Positions 45,901 to 57,369 of a stretch of 64,000 nt of DNA are shown in pieces. This DNA is from Pseudomonas aeruginosa PAO1 (GTDB lineage Bacteria > Pseudomonadota > Gammaproteobacteria > Pseudomonadales > Pseudomonadaceae), in the NCBI RefSeq assembly GCF_000006765.1, contig NC_002516.2; one strand, given 5' to 3'. Position 1 is the first letter of the stretch; the number at the start of each line of letters is the position of its first letter. The notes under the pieces were generated by a model, which searched no databases, was not told the DNA's origin, and saw nothing but the letters and a program-made list of their open reading frames with translations. The position numbers were made by a program, and so were the translations under genes.

Positions 45901-48900
45901 AAGGCTCGGTCGCTGGAAATTTCCCCGCCGCTGTTGTCCACCATGCCGAGTTGGCGCAGGAGCAAGGTTCCAGGCGTGGCGATCAGGCCCTGAGCGCCAT
46001 TGGCCAGGGTTCCCTCGTTCAGGTCGAGTATGATGCCGGCATTACTGACCAGCCGCCCTTTGCCCTGCTGATCGAGTCCCTTGATATTTGCGTCGATCAT
46101 GCCTTTGGCAGTGATCCGACCTTCCTGGCTGTTATCCACCTCAGTAGCAATCAGGCCGAGCCCGTCATTACTGCCAAGATTGCCTTTCTGGCTGTTGTTC
46201 AGAACCCCGGTATGGATCTCCGCCGCAGCGTTGGCACTGATGATCCCTGATCGGCTGTTGTCCAGGCTGGCGCTGGTCAGGCGCAGGCTGGAGTCCGTCA
46301 CCAACTTGCCGCCACGGTTGTCCACCGCCTCCTGGCTGCTCAGTCTCAGCGCACCGGCGCTGGACAGAGTGGCGTCCTGGTTGTGTATGCGCCCGGCGCT
46401 CACCGTCAGGGTACCGTCGCTGAGCAGCGCGCCCTTGCCCTGATTGTCCAGCACGCCGTCCAGAGTGACCTCTATATGTCTCTGACTGCTGAGCAGTCCG
46501 GCATTGCCATTGAACAATTCGGTACCACTCAGGCGCAGCCCATCGCGGCTGGCGATTACTCCCTTGTCCTGGTTGAGCACGCGTGGCGCGGTGATGCCCA
46601 GACCACTGTCAGCAACGACTTTGCCGCCACGGTTGTCCAGTTGCTCAGTGAGATTCAGCGTCGCCACGCCCTGGCTGGCAATCTCGCCGGCACGGTTGTC
46701 CACCTGCCGGGCATCGATGACCACACCTCGGTTGCCGGCGATGCGACCAGCGCCGTTGTCGACTTTGTCGGCGTCGAGGGCCAGCGCGCCCTGAGTCGTC
46801 AGCTCTCCCCCGTTCTGCACCAGCGCACCGAGTTTGGCACGCAGTTCATCCTTGGCGACGATACGCCCCTTGGAGTTGTTCGCCTCATCGGCCGCCAGCT
46901 TCAGGCCGCGTTCGGCGATCAGCGTGCCAGCGTCGTTTTCCAGGCGGGTCACACCGATATCGATGGCGCCCTTGCTGCCGATGGAGCCACTACGGTTGTC
47001 CAGGACGAATGCCTGGATATCCAGACCTCCGGCGCCGGAGACAATCCCCTCGAGGCTGTTGTCCAGGGCCTGCGCGATACGCAAGGTCAGGGCTCCACCG
47101 CTGAGCAGGCGTCCACCCTGGTTGTTCAACGCGGAGGTGGCAAGAGTGAACGCGCGGTCGCTGGAGATTTCCCCACCGCTGTTGTCCACCACGCCGAGTT
47201 GGCGCAGAAGCAAGGTGCCAGGCGTGGCGATCAGGCCTTGAGCGCGATTGACCAGGCTTCCCTTGTTCAGATCGAGCGTGATGCCGGTATCGCTGACCAG
47301 GCTGCCCCTGTCATGCTGGTCCAACCCTTGGAGAGCCGCATCGATCGCACCCTTGGCAGCGATCCGGCCCGCCTGGCTGTTGTCTACCCGAGCGGCGACC
47401 AGGGTGAGTCCCGCATCGCTGCCGATACTGGCTTTCCGGCTGTTGTTCAGGTTGCCGGTACGAATCTCCACGGCCCCCTTGCCACTGATCGCACCGGCCT
47501 GGCTGTTGTCGAGGCTGGCGCTGCTCAAGCTAAGTCCGGCGTCGCTCGCCAGTCTGCCGCCCTGATTGTTCAGGGCGCCCTGGCTGGTCACTGCCAATGC
47601 CCCTGCGCTGGATAGCGTACCGCCCTGGTTGTCGAGCCAGGCTGACTTCACCGTCAGGAAGCCCCGGCTGTCCAGGCTGCCGGCCTGGTTATCGAACGCA
47701 CCGGCCAGGGAGACGTCGATACCCTTCTGGCTGGACAGCAGGCCCCCCGCGCCGTTGAACAACTCCGTAGCACTCAGGCGCAGCCCATCGCGGCTGGCGA
47801 GTACCCCCTTGTCCTGGTTGAGCACGTGCGGCGCGGTGATGCCCAGACCACTGTCACCGACGATCTTGCCGCCACGGTTGTCCAGCTGCTCAGTGAGGTT
47901 CAGCGCCACCACGCCCTGGCTGGCAATCTCGCCGACGCTGTTGTCCACCTGCCGGGCCGTGATGTCCACGCCCTGGTTGCCAGCGATACGGCCAGCGTTA
48001 TTGTTTAGGATGCCCAGGTCGAGAGTCAGCGAGTCCTGACTGGTCAGTTCTCCTCCCTTCTGGCTCAGCGTGCCAACCTTGGCATGCAGGCTACCATTGG
48101 CGGCGATACGCCCCTTGGAACTGTTCGCCTCATCGGCTACCAGCTTCAGGCCGCGTTCAGCGATCAGTGTGCCAGCGTCGTTTTCCAGGCGGGTCACACC
48201 GATATCGATGGCGCCCTTGCTGCCGATGGAGCCACTACGGTTGTCCAGGACGAATGCCTGGATATCCAGACCTCCAGCACCGGAGACAATCCCCTCGAGG
48301 CTGTTGTCCAGGGCCTGCGCGATACGCAAGGTCAGGGCTCCGCCGCTGAGCAGGCGTCCCCCCTGGTTGTTCAACGCGGAGGTGGCAAGAGTGAACGCGC
48401 GGTCGCTGGAGATTTCCCCACCGCTGTTGTCCACCACGCCGAGTTGGCGCAGGAGCAAGGTGCCAGGCGTGGCGATCAGGCCTTGAGCGCGATTGACCAG
48501 GCTTCCCTTGTTCAGATCGAGCGTGATGCCGGTATCGCTGACCAGGTTGCCCCTGTCATGCTGGTCCAGCCCTTGGAGATCCGCATCGATCACACCCTTG
48601 GCGGCGATCCGGCCCGCCTGGCTGTTGTCTACCCGAGCGGCGACCAGGGTGAGTCCCGCATCGCTGCCGATACTGGCTTTCCGGCTGTTGTTCAGGTTGC
48701 CGGTACGAATCTCCACGGCCCCCTTGCCACTGATCGCACCGGCCTGGCTGTTGTCGAGGCTGGCGCTGCTCAAGCTAAGTCCGGCGTCGCTCGCCAGTCT
48801 GCCGCCCTGATTGTTCAGGGCGCCCTGGCTGGTCACTGCCAATGCCCCTGCGCTGGATAGCGTACCGCCCTGGTTGTCGAGCCAGGCTGACTTCACCGTC

Positions 48901-50804
48901 AGGAAGCCCCGGCTGTCCAGGCTGCCGGCCTGGTTATCGAACGCACCGGCCAGGGAGACGTCGATACCCTTCTGGCTGGACAGCAGGCCCCCCGCGCCGT
49001 TGAACAACTCCGTAGCACTCAGGCGCAGCCCATCGCGGCTGGCGAGTACCCCCTTGTCCTGGTTGAGCATGCGTGGCGTTGTGATGTCCAGGCCACTGTC
49101 ACCGACGATCTTGCCACCGCGGTTGTCCAACTGTTCGCGAGCGCTCGCCACCACCCTCGACGTGCTGGAGATATCGCCCGCTCGGTTGTCGATCAACCGA
49201 GAGCTCAAGTCGAGATCCTGGCCGGCGACAATGCGACCGCTGCGATTATCGAGCCGATCCGCCTTCAGGAGCGTACGGCGCTCGCTGACCAGCTTGCCGC
49301 CCGCACTGTTGTCCAGACGAGCGAACTCGATGTCCATGTCTCCCTTGCTGGAAAGGAGACCGGCACTGCGATTGTCCAGTGCGGCAGCCTGGACCTGCAG
49401 TTCGTTCAGACCGACGACCTGGCCGCCACGGTTGTCGAGATCGCCACGGGTCTTGACCACGGCGCGGTCCCGGCTCTGCAACAGGCCGTCCTGGCGGTTG
49501 TCCAGGCTGCTCGCCTCGACCCGCAGTTCGCCCTCGGCGAGCAGCTTGCCGCCACGGTTGTCCAGGTGTCCGCCGTCGACCCGGACGGTCGCCCCCTTCA
49601 GGCTGCCGCCCTGGTTGTCCAGCGCCTGGCTCGCCTTCGCTTCCAGCGCGCGGCTGGCCACCAGGCTGCCGGCGTTGCGCAGGGTGCCGCTGCGCAGCTC
49701 GAGGTCGCCACGCGCGTTGCGTCGCTCGTCTGGCTCGACGCCGGCTTCGATCACCCCGGCGTTGTCGATATGCGCCGCCTCCAGCGCGATGCGTTCGCGC
49801 GCCGCCAGGCTCTGCCGGTTGACCAGTTCCTCCGCGCTGCGAATCTCGGCGCTGCCGCCGGCGTAGGTCTTGCCGTTCAGCTCCACGGCCTGGGCCGCGA
49901 TCTTCAGGTCGCCCTGGCTGGAGGCCTGGGCCAGGCTCAGCTTGCCGCTGGCGTCGATGCGGATGTCGCCGCCGCTGGCGGCCATGTCGCCGGCCAGCTT
50001 CACCCCCACGCCCTGCTCGGTGCCGACCAGGCGGATCGCCCCGGCGTACATCCCGCCCAGCGCCGAGCTGTCGATCGCCAGTTGTGGCTTCTCGCTGCCA
50101 TCGGCGGCGCGCGGCGTGGCCTGCAGGCTGTCGGCCTGGACGTCGTTGCGGCCGGTGACGATGTTGAGGTTCTTCGCGTAGAGCTTGGCGTTGAGCTTGG
50201 CGCTGCGGGTGATCAGGTCGAACTGTTCGAGGTTGCCGACGTTCAGTTCGGCGCCTTCGACGACGATGTCGCCGCCGTCCACCTGGAAGCGCTCCAGGCG
50301 CTGGCCGTCCATGATCGGCTTGCCGGTGGTGAGGGTCGCGCGCGGCGTGTTGATGAAGCCGCAGCCCTGGCAGGTGATGCCGTGCGGGTTGGCGACGATC
50401 ACCCGCGCCGACTGCCCGGCCACCTCGGTGTAGCCGGCCAGGGTGCTGCGGTTGCCGCCGGTGACCTGGTTGAGGATCACCTGCGCCGCCTGGCCCTTGA
50501 GGTTGGGGTTGCCGAGGATGATCCCGCCGAGCTGGGTACCCTGGGTCTTGCCGGTGGCGTTGTTGAGGATCAGCCCGTTGGCGCCGACGTTGTAGTCGCG
50601 GAAATGGTTGTTCGACAGCCCGGCGCCGTTGGGCGTGGCGATATTGACGATGGGCACGCCGTTGCCCGCCTGGCCCAGGCCGGTGTTGCCGCCGGCGGCC
50701 TTGTCCAGCGCCAGCCCCGCCGCCGCGGCGACGATCGGGTTGAGGAACAGGATGCCGGCCAGGGACAGGGCGATGCACTGGTTCAGCGGGCTGCGGATGT
50801 CCAT
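33921..50804 (-). CDS. cdiA: CdiA contact-dependent inhibition exoprotein (5627 aa) with a C-terminal EndoU-type nuclease
   Basis: Signal peptide, TPS domain ([14 protein letters not shown]), LDNxGG FHA repeats, [12 protein letters not shown]637-like region, TQHNYL, toxin HILYGD...GGH...KTVFP...VITAFP. Confidence 0.95.
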   Translation of the reverse strand: MDIRSPLNQCIALSLAGILFLNPIVAAAAGLALDKAAGGNTGLGQAGNGVPIVNIATPNGAGLSNNHFRDYNVGANGLILNNATGKTQGTQLGGIILGNPNLKGQAAQVILNQVTGGNRSTLAGYTEVAGQSARVIVANPHGITCQGCGFINTPRATLTTGKPIMDGQRLERFQVDGGDIVVEGAELNVGNLEQFDLITRSAKLNAKLYAKNLNIVTGRNDVQADSLQATPRAADGSEKPQLAIDSSALGGMYAGAIRLVGTEQGVGVKLAGDMAASGGDIRIDASGKLSLAQASSQGDLKIAAQAVELNGKTYAGGSAEIRSAEELVNRQSLAARERIALEAAHIDNAGVIEAGVEPDERRNARGDLELRSGTLRNAGSLVASRALEAKASQALDNQGGSLKGATVRVDGGHLDNRGGKLLAEGELRVEASSLDNRQDGLLQSRDRAVVKTRGDLDNRGGQVVGLNELQVQAAALDNRSAGLLSSKGDMDIEFARLDNSAGGKLVSERRTLLKADRLDNRSGRIVAGQDLDLSSRLIDNRAGDISSTSRVVASAREQLDNRGGKIVGDSGLDITTPRMLNQDKGVLASRDGLRLSATELFNGAGGLLSSQKGIDVSLAGAFDNQAGSLDSRGFLTVKSAWLDNQGGTLSSAGALAVTSQGALNNQGGRLASDAGLSLSSASLDNSQAGAISGKGAVEIRTGNLNNSRKASIGSDAGLTLVAARVDNSQAGRIAAKGVIDADLQGLDQHDRGNLVSDTGITLDLNKGSLVNRAQGLIATPGTLLLRQLGVVDNSGGEISSDRAFTLATSALNNQGGRLLSGGALTLRIAQALDNSLEGIVSGAGGLDIQAFVLDNRSGSIGSKGAIDIGVTRLENDAGTLIAERGLKLVADEANSSKGRIAANGSLHAKVGTLSQKGGELTSQDSLTLDLGILNNNAGRIAGNQGVDITARQVDNSVGEIASQGVVALNLTEQLDNRGGKIVGDSGLGITAPHVLNQDKGVLASRDGLRLSATELFNGAGGLLSSQKGIDVSLAGAFDNQAGSLDSRGFLTVKSAWLDNQGGTLSSAGALAVTSQGALNNQGGRLASDAGLSLSSASLDNSQAGAISGKGAVEIRTGNLNNSRKASIGSDAGLTLVAARVDNSQAGRIAAKGAIDAALQGLDQHDRGSLVSDTGITLDLNKGSLVNRAQGLIATPGTLLLRQLGVVDNSGGEISSDRAFTLATSALNNQGGRLLSGGALTLRIAQALDNSLEGIVSGAGGLDIQAFVLDNRSGSIGSKGAIDIGVTRLENDAGTLIAERGLKLAADEANNSKGRIVAKDELRAKLGALVQNGGELTTQGALALDADKVDNGAGRIAGNRGVVIDARQVDNRAGEIASQGVATLNLTEQLDNRGGKVVADSGLGITAPRVLNQDKGVIASRDGLRLSGTELFNGNAGLLSSQRHIEVTLDGVLDNQGKGALLSDGTLTVSAGRIHNQDATLSSAGALRLSSQEAVDNRGGKLVTDSSLRLTSASLDNSRSGIISANAAAEIHTGVLNNSQKGNLGSNDGLGLIATEVDNSQEGRITAKGMIDANIKGLDQQGKGRLVSNAGIILDLNEGTLANGAQGLIATPGTLLLRQLGMVDNSGGEISSDRAFTLTTSALTNQGGRLRSGGVLTLRIAQALDNSLEGVLSGTGGLDIRALALDNRSGSIGSKGAVDIDVSRLENDDGDLLSEGRLKLTAERANSVRGRIAARGDLHASVTAFNQAGGELSSEGALMLEADSLDNRSGGLVSADGNLTVSARRIDNRAGEIASPGQVTLDVAEQLDNRGGKAIGDSGLRLAAPRVLNQDGGVLASRDGLRLNGAELFNGNGGLLSSQQSIDVILDGVLGNQAGSLSSQGRLSVKSGRLDNQGGAVSSAGTLSLSSQGALNNQGGRVVTDAGAVLRSASLDNSQGGIVSAKGAAEIRTGSLNNSQKGGIGSGAGLALVADLVDNSQNGRITAKGAIDANLKGLDQQGSGRLVSDTAIALDLRGGELVNRAQGLIATPGALLLRQLGVVDNSGGGEISSDRSFTLAATALSNRGGRVISGDSLTLRIAQALDNSLQGVLSASGGLDVAALVFDNHSGIVASKGDTHIGVNRLENEAGRVVSEGALDLTAKQVSSAKGRIAAKGDLQVTVGTLEQQGGELASQGTLTLDADSLDNRNGGLVSADGGVTAEARQIDNRGGEISSVAKVALAVREQLDNRGGKVIGDSELSLTVQRLLNQAKGVLASRDGLHLDGAELLNGDGGLLSSQRLVDVTLSGALDNQGSGALVSEESLTVKADQVNNQAGTFSSAGSLLVTSRGELNNQGGRLVTDAGATLNSTGFDNSRAGLVSAKGAVAIRTGALNNSQKGSIGGNTGVTLVAGLVDNGREGRISTKGTLDANLKGLLQQGGGSLVGERGVTLDLNGGTLDNHDLGLVSTPGALLLRQLGMVDNSVGGEISSDRAFTLAANTLNNQGGRLISSEALTLRIAKTLDNSLKGQVLATDGLAIESQVLDNRAGTIGSKGDARISVTSLDNAEQGSLVSEGRLELVADQVSNGNQGRIAARGVLEAAVGTLLQQGGELVSQGSLDLRADTLDNSQSGLIAANGGIAIEARQVDNRAGEISSTSKVAVNAREQLDNRGGKVIGDSGLRLTVQRLLNQAKGVLAGRDGLSLDGGELFNGDGGRLDSQNSLSVSLGGVLDNQGGALVSEGSLTARAARLDNRGGTFSSAGALALTSQAVLDNQGGRLLSDAGVTLKGASLDNSRSGVISAKGAVDIRTGVLDNSRNGGIGSNAGITLVAARLDNGQQGRVSAKGLLDANLKGLDQRGGGVLVSETGVTLDLNGGTLVNRDGGLIATPGALLLRQLGAVDNGAGGEISSDRAFTLAAASLDNRGGRLIGADSLTLRIAQALDNSLAGVISGAAGLDIAAARLDNSAKGTLASRAGIDLRVDGALDNHAEGTVSGARLTLASASLDNSGKGLLSGNAGLSVATGALDNAEGGQLISQGVLDVSSADLDNRGGALSGKQSLRLSAANLDNRGGLLTSDGELELTAGRVDSADGGEISARGDLRLTVERLVQRQGRLIGERGVSLDLRGGDLDNQGGLISARGPLSIERLNVLDNRQGGEIYSQQGFELLARRIDNGQQGRIISAGKLRLDADALGNAGAGLLSGWQGLTVTGGSLDNSAGGTLSSKDGELAISLGGALDNHGQGALVSKGAQRIDAASLDNAQGIVSGESDVTLSIAGKLDNGQGGLVSAQRALSFERDDTLLNNAGGRINGGSLLLKGASLDNSDGQLISQGRLDAILGGALVNAGAARLASGGDLLLRSASVDNRGGKLVSQGLLEISAGSLDNSASGTLASQADMSLRLGGGALRNQQDGLIFSQAGALEVQAGSLDNRQGTLQAQGDNRLRIGGALDNQAGRLDSRAGNLDLQSGSLDNGAGGVLNSAKGWLKLVTGLFDNSAGVTQAQSLEIRAGQGVRNQQGHLSALGGDNRIVTADFDNQGGGLYASGLLSLDGQRFLNQGAAAGQGGKVGAGRIDFSLAGALANRFGQLESESELHLRAAAIDNSGGSLRALGRSGSTRLVAGDLNNAYGVLESANQDLDLQLGSLANAGGRILHTGNGTFGLDSGQVIRAGGELTTNGLLDIRASEWTNSSVLQAGRLNLDIGTFRQTAEGKLLAVQSFTGRGGDWSNDGLLASNGSLRLELSGGYRGNGRATSLGDFALNAASLDLGNAASLAGGANVTLGAGNLLVNRGRITAAGDLVASAASLNNYGTLGGGGNLRLNAPALLNERGLLFSGADMTLRAGDITNLYGDVYSLGRLDIARDDAGGWANRLENISGNLESTGDMRFSVSSLLNRRETLEIEGDLQNSAIGVRCTGCQLSERWGKTRSSSELVWIREYKSTLGDSSAAASITAGRDLLVVGASLQNIASNISAVRDATLSLSNFENKGYALGEYAVRGVYSPPSKFGEELLMRILAYNAVNDPSYGEGYASTGGRLPNIHYFDKNFNEKVSPLEVIHGNGKNGGPGWHLYFGTLDVEYPDTDRWNKAIGRIPAPNYSSKKTDAIPDLLKGLAPLDELTINKGANSTVGAVVQAGGRVTVNAAESFNNSVLQGFQAVQETQLPHQDIAVSSTTSAVVTLKSQLPADLARQQINPLTLPGFSLPQGQNGLFRLASQGAQVNQASGALKSASDLTQSGHGVSVSAQTGSGASGWSTQARRVGDDRVTSLAGSAYQGRVAEAIDALRASAPISGDGGNTGRFQAGEHQATTGLGGLVEGNASGHSGNGVILADLRGGLPSFSSLPASDHVQGTVPGHDGNGTILANWQGAQATVQASPSTVRVEGVVSSPGGNGSILADLPAEQSSVQALPSAVRAQGSLPRLEERSALLAEPPVGQPALQTLPSVARVEGVPSNATPSNSHKYLIETNPALTELKQFLNSDYLLGGLGINPDDSKKRLGDGLYEQRLVREAIVQRTGQRFIAGLNSDEAMFRYLMDNAIASKDVLGLTPGVTLSAAQVAALTHDIVWLEEVEVNGEKVLAPVVYLAQAEGRLGPNGALIQGRDVNLITGGDLRNAGTLRAQNDLSATAGNIDNSGLIEAGNRLDLLASGSIRNDQGGIIAGREVSLSALTGDVINERTVTQHQSSYRGTGTTEAFADSAARIEAAQKLTVSAGRDVANIGGVIDSKGDLALQGGRDVLVSAAVAERGWTAGSQAYQTQTTQMGAEVVAGRDISVSAGRDISVVGSRIDARRDVTFEAGRDVGLVAAANEEHAYGKTKKVTFQDDKITQQATRVDAGGDLAINAGQDLRLVASQASAGDEAYLVAGDKLELLAANDSSYYLYDKKSKGSFGSKKTRRDEITDVTAVGSQISSGGDLTLLSGGDQTYQGAKLESGNDLAIVSGGAVTFEAVKDLHQESHEKSKGDLAWQSSKGKGQTDETVRQSQIVAQGNLAIKAVEGLKIDLKHIDQKTVSQTIDAMVQADPQLAWLKQMEQRGDVDWRRVQELHDSWKYSNSGLGVGAQLAIAIVVAYFTAGAASAALGSMAGVGAGSGSMMAAAGSTAMVQAGTAVGTAAAGWANAAGTAVAMGMASNGAISTINNRGNLGDVVKDVTSSDALRGYVVAGTTAGLTAGVYDKWTSTQTGTSTALPNTGAVAPAAGLGTWQGVGQFTSNQLLQNGTSVLLDRALGGKGSLGDALQNSLANAFAAYGFKLIGDTTHGVLDDGSLGKIGLHALMGGLAAEAVGGDFRTGALAAGVNEALVDSLAKQYASLPIDDKKGLLIMSSQLIGVLAASTQGDADAKSLQTGAWVAGNATQHNYLSHWQEEKKRQEVDGCKDKQLCKTGIEAKWAIISAQQDVGIVVGVGGGIGLSTAETAVGVYELVKNWRETYAALEQLATSPEFRQQFGDNYLKGLEERAAFLTQAYEDAGWQGSVTAGVEGGRFAAELVGVLTAVKGGAQITAKLPTAAKNLVNAIAESPVSGSMSSQLGAVGDLGRLGGGGKGYVDILSHEAKQHILYGDKPGSGGHLWPGQAGKTVFPQNWSADKIVHEVGDIATSPSTKWYAQTGTGGVYTSKGDPAKWVAYEVRDGVRMRVVYQPATGKVITAFPDNAPIPPYKPIK

Positions 50805-50916
50805 ATCGTTACTCCTTGGCGGGTAGGGGCCCGGCGAGGTTAAGCAAGGTTTTCCAAGGAAAGGGCCTCGATGCAGGTAGGCGCTTTCCTAAAGCGTTCA
50901 GGAGGTCGCCGCGTCT

Positions 50917-52614
50917 TCAGAAGAACGCGTCGACCCGGAAATAGATCGGGTGCTCGCGCCGCTCGATGGCGCTGGGCCGCTCCAGCGAGCGGGCGAAGCC
51001 GACGCTGGCGGCGAAATAGCGGCCGCGGGCATCCAGTTCGATGGCGTTGCCGCTCATGCGCCCGCTGGCGCCGTCGTTGTAGCGGTCGTGGCGGATCACG
51101 CCGACGTCGTAGGCGAAGGCCACGCCGTATTCCTGCAGCCAGGGCCGCAGCGGCGCCCACTCCACCGCGCGCCGCCAGCGCAACTGGTTGCGCCAGTAGC
51201 CGCCGCTGTCGCCGGTCAGGGTCTGGTCCTTGAAGCCGCGCACCGAGCTGTTGCCGCCGAGGCTGATGCGCTGCGGGCTGAACAGCACGTCCTCGCTCCT
51301 CTGCCCGGTGGCCAGGCTGTCGAAGCTGAAGCGCTCGCCCCATAGCTGGAACGGCTGCAGGTAGCTGAGGGTCAGGCTGTACTTGTCGTAGCGCGCATTC
51401 GGATCGCCCGCGTGCGGGTGGCCGCGACCCTGCGCGCCAAGGGCGCCGATGCCCTGCTGCCAGCCGAAGTCGAGGTTGACGAAGCCGCTGCCGATCCGCC
51501 GGCCGTGGTTGAAGCCGAGCTGGGTCTCGGTGATCCGCGTGCTCTGGTCTTCCAGGCGGGTGTCTTCGAGATAGTTGTTGGTGCGCTGGTGGCTGAGCCC
51601 CAGGCTCATGGCGGTCTTGCTCACACCGTCGCGGTGCAGCACGCGTTCGGCGCGGAACTGGTGGCTGCGGCTGTCGCCATCGAGCTTGAAGGGGAAGCCG
51701 CTGGCCTCGTTGCGCGTGCGGTAGTCGCTCTGGCTGTAGCCGTAGGTGAAGGTCCACCAGCCCCAGGGCAGGCTGTAGAACAGGCTCTGGCTGTCGGAAT
51801 GGCGCCAGCGGTCGGTCACCGCGTCGCGGTTGGCGCGCAGGTTGAGCTGGTCGGCCAGGCCCAGCGGGCTGTCCCAGTCCAGGCCCAGGCCCATCTGCTG
51901 CTCGCCGGTGCTGACGTCGCCGTCGTTGTTGCGCGTGGCGGAGACCCGCCAGGGCTTGTCGCGCTCGCCCTTGAGACGCACCCGGCTGCCGCCGACCTCG
52001 CTGCCGGGCACCAGCTCCAGTTGCGCCTGGCGCGACGGCAGGCGGCTCAACTGGTCGACCAGTTGCTCCAGTTCGCGCAGGTCGAGCAGCTCGCCGGTCC
52101 TGCCCGGAAAGCTCATCGCCAGTTCGCGCGGGCTGGCCAGCGCGGAGCTGTCCAGGCCCTCCAGGCGGCCTTCGACGACGATGATGCGCAGGGTCCCGGA
52201 GGCCAGGTCCTGCTGTGGCAGGTAGGCGCGGGTGGTGACGTAGCCGCGATCCAGGTAATGGTCGGTGACGGCCTTGAGCAGCGCATTGAGCTGGCCGACG
52301 CCCAGGCAGCGCCCCTGGTAGGGCGCCAGCAGTTGGCGACGCGCGCTTTCGCCGAGGTGCCCGGCGCCTTCCAGCTCGATGCGGCGGATCTCGAAGCAGC
52401 GCTCGTCGTCGCCGGAGGCATCCGCAGCGGCGGGCGCTCCCTTGCCGGGCAGTTGCTGGAGTTCCTCCAGGCGCTTGCGCTGTTCGTCCAGCAGGCGCTG
52501 CTGGCGGTCGCGGATCAGGTCGCGGTCGCCGGGGGAGGTGAAGGGGGCGGCGCTGGCAAGAAGCGGCAGTAAAACCAAGCCAGCGACAACCGCACGATAG
52601 CTAGAACGCAACAT
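50917..52614 (-). CDS. cdiB: CdiB TpsB/ShlB-family outer-membrane transporter (565 aa)
   Basis: POTRA region (YLDRGYVTTRAYLPQQDL), VRGFKDQ loop-6 motif, terminal F. Confidence 0.95.
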   Translation of the reverse strand: MLRSSYRAVVAGLVLLPLLASAAPFTSPGDRDLIRDRQQRLLDEQRKRLEELQQLPGKGAPAAADASGDDERCFEIRRIELEGAGHLGESARRQLLAPYQGRCLGVGQLNALLKAVTDHYLDRGYVTTRAYLPQQDLASGTLRIIVVEGRLEGLDSSALASPRELAMSFPGRTGELLDLRELEQLVDQLSRLPSRQAQLELVPGSEVGGSRVRLKGERDKPWRVSATRNNDGDVSTGEQQMGLGLDWDSPLGLADQLNLRANRDAVTDRWRHSDSQSLFYSLPWGWWTFTYGYSQSDYRTRNEASGFPFKLDGDSRSHQFRAERVLHRDGVSKTAMSLGLSHQRTNNYLEDTRLEDQSTRITETQLGFNHGRRIGSGFVNLDFGWQQGIGALGAQGRGHPHAGDPNARYDKYSLTLSYLQPFQLWGERFSFDSLATGQRSEDVLFSPQRISLGGNSSVRGFKDQTLTGDSGGYWRNQLRWRRAVEWAPLRPWLQEYGVAFAYDVGVIRHDRYNDGASGRMSGNAIELDARGRYFAASVGFARSLERPSAIERREHPIYFRVDAFF

Positions 52615-52679
52615 CCGATGTCCTGCGAGTTCCCTTCAATATCCACCGCATAGCTAAACGACATGGGCGTGTTGAGGGG

Positions 52680-52709
52680 GGATTAGTCCAAAAGTAGGAA
52701 TGCTAATCC
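52680..52709. promoter_or_regulatory. Inverted repeat upstream of cdiB, candidate operator
   Basis: GGATTAG-N16-CTAATCC with an inner TCC/GGA pair. Confidence 0.4.
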
Positions 52710-52879
52710 AAACAGGGACAGGAAGGAATGGCACTTTGCCTTCATTGCGTCGTCCTGGCTGTGCGGACGTTTCAGGATCGATGCGATGTCGTCATTTTCG
52801 TAATGGGAAGGACCAATCGGTCTCCAGGCAGCGCTCGGCCGGGTTCTGGTGAGCTGATTATTTGCGCTCGTGGCCCGGC

Positions 52880-52906
52880 AGAAAGAAGCCCCGCCAAGGC
52901 GGGGCT
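52880..52906 (-). terminator. Intrinsic terminator after the 174-aa gene
   Basis: AGCCCCGCC/GGCGGGGCT stem (52887-52906) followed by TCTTTCT on the minus strand. Confidence 0.7.
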
Positions 52907-52926
52907 GCTTTGACGCAGACTCGAAT

Positions 52927-53451
52927 TCACTTCACCGGCAGGTCCTTGCCCCACAGGCGCACCGCCTTGATCCCTTCCGCGCCGCCTTCGAAGACGAAGG
53001 TCTGGCGGATGCCGGCCTTGGCCGGGACGGTGACGTCGTCGGGGTTGGCGAGGGCGACCAGGGCGTTGGAGTAGCCGTCGTTGTCGATCACCAGCAGCGC
53101 GCCGGTCTGGGTCAGGTTGATCAGGCGCACGGTGGCGTCGCCGTCGTTCTTGAAGCCGAGGGTGACGGCCAGTTGCTGGTCGCGCGGCTCGGTCTTGAGC
53201 ACTTCGACCTGGCCGATCTCGGCGAAGCCGGCGTTGTCGGAGACCACCTTGGCGCCATCGGCGCCCTGGGCCGACTGGCGGCCGCTGGTGATGCCCTCGC
53301 TGACCCCGCCGAGGAGGTTCTTGCCGGTCTCGATGGCCGAGGACACCGCGGCCTTGGCCGCATCCTTGACCGAGCTGCCCTCCTCCGCGGCCACGGCGCT
53401 GCCGGCGGCCAGGGGCAGGAGCAGTCCCAATGCGGCGATCCTTGCGTTCAT
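52927..53451 (-). CDS. Exported hypothetical protein (174 aa)
   Basis: RBS GAGGA, signal peptide MNARIAALGLLLPLAAGSAVA. Confidence 0.8.
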   Translation of the reverse strand: MNARIAALGLLLPLAAGSAVAAEEGSSVKDAAKAAVSSAIETGKNLLGGVSEGITSGRQSAQGADGAKVVSDNAGFAEIGQVEVLKTEPRDQQLAVTLGFKNDGDATVRLINLTQTGALLVIDNDGYSNALVALANPDDVTVPAKAGIRQTFVFEGGAEGIKAVRLWGKDLPVK

Positions 53452-53497
53452 TCGTCCATCCTCTGGTGGTGTGGGAGGCAGCCAGACTAACAGCCGT

Positions 53498-54646
53498 CTA
53501 GCGGCCGTTCCAGTGGCGCGCCCGGCGCTTGCGCCACCAGATGTAGACACCGGTCAGCGACAGCCCGGCGATGGCCAGGCCGAGGGCGGCGATGGCGATG
53601 CGTCCCGGCAGGCCGGCGATGCGCCCGCCGTGGATCGGGTACTGCAAGCGGTAGAAACGCTCTCCCCAACTGCCCTGCCCGGCGACTTCCTGGCCTAGCA
53701 GGCGGCCGTCGCTGCCGTGGAAGAACAGCCAGGACTTGCCCATGGGGTCGTCGTGGTCGCCGAAGCCGGCGCCGAAGAAGTTGTATTCGAAGCTGTAGTA
53801 CAGCTCGCCGATCGGCTCGGCGATGCCCAGCCGCGCCGCTTCGACGCTGGCCAACTGGAAGGTGCGGTCGTAGTCCAGGCGGGTCTCCCCCAGTTGCTCC
53901 CTGGGCAGCCGCCCGCGCGCCTCGTAGACGCTCGGTTCGATCGGCGAGAACAGCGATACCAGCGGCTTGAACACCTGGCTCGGCAGGTTCAGGGCGACGC
54001 TGCTCAGCGCCACCGGCGCCAGCAGCAGCCAGAGCCAGAGGCCGCCGGCGCGATGCAGGTCGAAGTTGAAGCGGTAGGCGTTGCCGCGCTTGATCTTCCA
54101 GGCTGTCGTCCACTTGCTCCAGAACGGCCGGCCGCGCGGCAGGGTCAGCCAGGCGCCGACGAAGCAGTCGAGGAACCAGAACATCGCCACCCCGCCCATC
54201 AGGTACAGGCCCCAGTTCCCCGGCAGGGTCAGGTTGTGGTGGAACTCCAGGACCCAGGGAACCAGGTTCGCCGGCTGGAAGCAGCAGGCCGCCCAGAGGC
54301 GCTTGCCGACTTCCTCGCCGCTGACCGGGTCGAGGTAGAACACGTCGTGCTCGACCTTGGCGCCGGCCTCGCGCGGCACGGTGGCGAGCAACGCCGGATG
54401 CCCGCCCGCCTCGGGATACTCCATGTACCACACCAGTTGTCGCGGATAGCGTGACTCGACGCGTTGCACCAGGCTGCCCGGGGAAAGGCGCTCGCCACCC
54501 TCGCCCACGGCGTAGAAGCCGGGGTTCAGCCATTCGTCGATTTCATGATGGAAGGCCAGCAGGCTGCCGGTGAGACCGGCGAGGAAAAGGAACAGCGCGG
54601 TAGCCAGACCGACATAGCGGTGCAGCAGGACCAGGACGGGGCGCAT
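53498..54646 (-). CDS. foxB: PepSY-associated TM-helix protein, ferrioxamine reductase FoxB
   Basis: LHRYVGL, EFHHNL, DLHRAGG and YPIHGG His motifs; downstream of foxA. Confidence 0.85.
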   Translation of the reverse strand: MRPVLVLLHRYVGLATALFLFLAGLTGSLLAFHHEIDEWLNPGFYAVGEGGERLSPGSLVQRVESRYPRQLVWYMEYPEAGGHPALLATVPREAGAKVEHDVFYLDPVSGEEVGKRLWAACCFQPANLVPWVLEFHHNLTLPGNWGLYLMGGVAMFWFLDCFVGAWLTLPRGRPFWSKWTTAWKIKRGNAYRFNFDLHRAGGLWLWLLLAPVALSSVALNLPSQVFKPLVSLFSPIEPSVYEARGRLPREQLGETRLDYDRTFQLASVEAARLGIAEPIGELYYSFEYNFFGAGFGDHDDPMGKSWLFFHGSDGRLLGQEVAGQGSWGERFYRLQYPIHGGRIAGLPGRIAIAALGLAIAGLSLTGVYIWWRKRRARHWNGR

Positions 54647-54763
54647 GGGGGCTCCAGGTAACCAGGGTACGGCCGGCGACGCCGGCGAATGCCCGGCGCG
54701 TACGTCGCGCGCCGGGCTGCTTGGCCGGTACCGCGGCGCTGGCGCCGGGGCCCGGGTGGACGG

Positions 54764-57226
54764 TCAGAACTGGTAGTTCACCGTCGCGGTGACGTTGCGC
54801 TTCTCGCCGAAGTAGCAGAAGTCCAGGCTGTAGCAGGACGCCACGTAGTCCTTGTCCAGCAGGTTGTTGGCATTGAGGCTGACGTCCAGGCCTTTCAGGC
54901 CGAGCTTGCCGAGGTCGTAACCGATCCGCGCGTCGACCAGGGTGTAGTCCGGCACCCGCAAGGTGTTTTCCTTGTCCGCCCAGGTCTCGCCGACGTAGCG
55001 AGCGCCGCCGCCGATGCTCAGACCGCTGAGCGGGCCGGCGTCGAAGGCATAGTCGGCCCACAGCGAAGCCATGTGCTTGGGCGCCTGGTTCGGCGTATGG
55101 CCCTGGTTGCCGTCCAGCGACTTGGTGTAGGTGATGTCGGTGTAGGTGTAGCTGCCGAGCAGTTTCAGGTTGTCGCTGAGCTGGGTATGGGCCTCCAGTT
55201 CGAGCCCCTGGGAGCGCACTTCGCCGACCGAGGTGTAGAAGTTGTCCTGGGGTTCCTTGGAGGCGACGTTTTCCTGGGTGATATGGAACAGCGAGGCGGT
55301 GTAGAAGCTGTTGCTGCCCGGCGCCTGGAACTTCAGGCCGAGTTCCCACTGCTTGCCCTCGGTGGGCGCCAGGGGCGTGCCGGAGGCGTCGGAATAGGCG
55401 TTCGGGTTGAACGACTCGGAGTAGCTGACGTAGGGCGCCAGGCCGTTGTCGAACAGGTACAGCGCGCCGATCCGCCCGGTGAATTTCTCCCAGTCGTCGT
55501 CGGCCTTGCTGCCGGTGCTGCGGTTCTTGTCGGTGACGCTGACCCAGTCCTGGCGCAGGCCGAGCGAGAAGCGCCACTGGTCGATGTCGATCAGGTCCTG
55601 GAGGTAGACGCCGGTCTGCTCCAGGCGGCGGGTGTGGTTGTCGTCCGGGAAATAGCTGATGGCGTCGTCGCCGTAGACCGGGTTGAACGCGTCCAGCGCC
55701 GAGGCCGAGCCGGAACGCCAGTCGACCACGGTGCGCCGGCGCTGGTAGTCGAGGCCGGTGAGCAGGGTGTGGCGCGCCGCGCCGGTGGCGAATTCGGCCT
55801 GCAGCATGTTGTCGACGATATACGCCTGCAGGTGCTCGCGGGCGCCGCTGAAGTAGCGGTTCAGCTTGTTCGGCTCGCTGGCGCTCCAGCCGTAGGCGTA
55901 GACCTGCGACAGGTCGACGTCGGAGTCCAGGTAGCGGAAGTTCTGCCGCGCCGACCAGACGTCGTCGATGCGGTGCTCCAGCTGGTAGCCGAACATCCGC
56001 TGGGTGCGGTCGAAGTCGTCCTTGCTCGGCTCGCCATCGAAGAACTCGCGGGAGATGTGCCGGCCGTTGTGGTGCGACAGGGTGCCGTCGGCCGGTACGC
56101 CGCCGTGGTAGCCCCCGTTGGGATCGTGTTGCAGGTAGCCTTGCAGGGTCAGGGTGGTGTCGTCGCTGAAGTCGATGGCCAGGGTCGGGGCGATGGCGTA
56201 GCGCTCCTCCTTGACGTGATCGAACTGGGTATCCGAGCCCTTGCCGAGACCGATCAGGCGGTAGGCGATGCGCTTCTCCTCGTCGAGCGGCCCGCTGAAA
56301 TCGAAGCCCATCTCCTTCTGGCCCATGTTGCCGATGCTGCCGGTGATCTGGCGGTAGTCCTCGTACAACGGCTTCTTGCTGGTCAGCGCCACCAGGCCGC
56401 CCGGCAGGCTACGGCCGTAGAGCACCGAGGACGGCCCCTTGAGCACATCGATGCGTTCGAGGAAGTACGGGTCGACCTGCATCGAGCTGAAGGTACCGCT
56501 GTCGCCCATGGCCTTGAGACCGTCGAGGTAGATGTTGTCCACGCTGTTGTCGGCGAAGCCGCGCATCACCACGTAGTCGTAGCGGTTGGAGGCGCCGACC
56601 TGGCCGGTGAAGATGCCGGGGGTATAGCGCATCGCCTGCTGCACGGTCTTGGAGGCGGTGTCGTCGATCTGCTCGCGGGTGATCACCGAGACGGTCTGGC
56701 TGGTTTCCAGCAGCGGCTTGCTGGTCTTGGTGGCGATCTGGCTATGGGTGGCCAGGTAGCCATCGGTGCTGCCCAGGTTGTTGCCGAGGGCGAAGACCTC
56801 CACCGCCTGCATGTTCAGCACATCGCCGTCCTTTGCCGGCGCCTCGCGCAAGACGAAGCTGCCGTCGCCCTGGTCTTCCGCTTCCAGCGGGGTGTCGGCG
56901 AGCAGCCGGGCCAGGCCCTGCTGCACGGTGAAACTGCCGCGCAACCCCTGGGAGCTGTAGCCACCGGTCTGCGCCGGAGTGGCCGAGAGGGTGATGCCGG
57001 CTTCGCGGGCGAAGCGGTTGAGCACGTCGCCCAACTGTCCGGCGGGGATCGCATAGGGCCGCGCCTGTTCCGCCGCCGCTTCGGCGGCCGAGGCGCAGAG
57101 CGGCGCCGCGCCGGCCGCCATGGCCAACGACAGCAGGGCCGCGCGCACCGAACGGCTCAGGCGCGAGGCGCGGGGGAAATCGAGGGACGACGGGGCATTG
57201 CGGAGGACGACGGCGGTGGCGGTCAT
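54764..57226 (-). CDS. foxA: TonB-dependent ferrioxamine transducer FoxA (820 aa)
   Basis: Signal peptide, STN signalling domain (YAIPAGQL), plug, ERIDVLKGPSSVLYG, terminal YQF. Confidence 0.92.
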   Translation of the reverse strand: MTATAVVLRNAPSSLDFPRASRLSRSVRAALLSLAMAAGAAPLCASAAEAAAEQARPYAIPAGQLGDVLNRFAREAGITLSATPAQTGGYSSQGLRGSFTVQQGLARLLADTPLEAEDQGDGSFVLREAPAKDGDVLNMQAVEVFALGNNLGSTDGYLATHSQIATKTSKPLLETSQTVSVITREQIDDTASKTVQQAMRYTPGIFTGQVGASNRYDYVVMRGFADNSVDNIYLDGLKAMGDSGTFSSMQVDPYFLERIDVLKGPSSVLYGRSLPGGLVALTSKKPLYEDYRQITGSIGNMGQKEMGFDFSGPLDEEKRIAYRLIGLGKGSDTQFDHVKEERYAIAPTLAIDFSDDTTLTLQGYLQHDPNGGYHGGVPADGTLSHHNGRHISREFFDGEPSKDDFDRTQRMFGYQLEHRIDDVWSARQNFRYLDSDVDLSQVYAYGWSASEPNKLNRYFSGAREHLQAYIVDNMLQAEFATGAARHTLLTGLDYQRRRTVVDWRSGSASALDAFNPVYGDDAISYFPDDNHTRRLEQTGVYLQDLIDIDQWRFSLGLRQDWVSVTDKNRSTGSKADDDWEKFTGRIGALYLFDNGLAPYVSYSESFNPNAYSDASGTPLAPTEGKQWELGLKFQAPGSNSFYTASLFHITQENVASKEPQDNFYTSVGEVRSQGLELEAHTQLSDNLKLLGSYTYTDITYTKSLDGNQGHTPNQAPKHMASLWADYAFDAGPLSGLSIGGGARYVGETWADKENTLRVPDYTLVDARIGYDLGKLGLKGLDVSLNANNLLDKDYVASCYSLDFCYFGEKRNVTATVNYQF

Positions 57227-57298
57227 GAACGGGATCCGTTGGAGTCGTTGAAGGGTGTTCAATCGGTAAAGCCGGACCAGTCGCGGAAAGCCGACAAA

Positions 57299-57317
57299 AA
57301 TAATGAAAATAATTTTC
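57299..57317. promoter_or_regulatory. Fur-box-like site upstream of foxA
   Basis: AATAATGAAAATAATTTTC, 15/19 match to GATAATGATAATCATTATC. Confidence 0.55.
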
Positions 57318-57369
57318 AGTGCGTTTCGCTCCGGACGAAAGCAAGCGTCCACGCGGCCGCCGGCGCGAC

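Noticed and set aside
54692-54717. GC hairpins between foxA and foxB, and between gcvP2 and glyA2
   Set aside because: They lack a U-tract and a recognisable family; ordinary intergenic structure.
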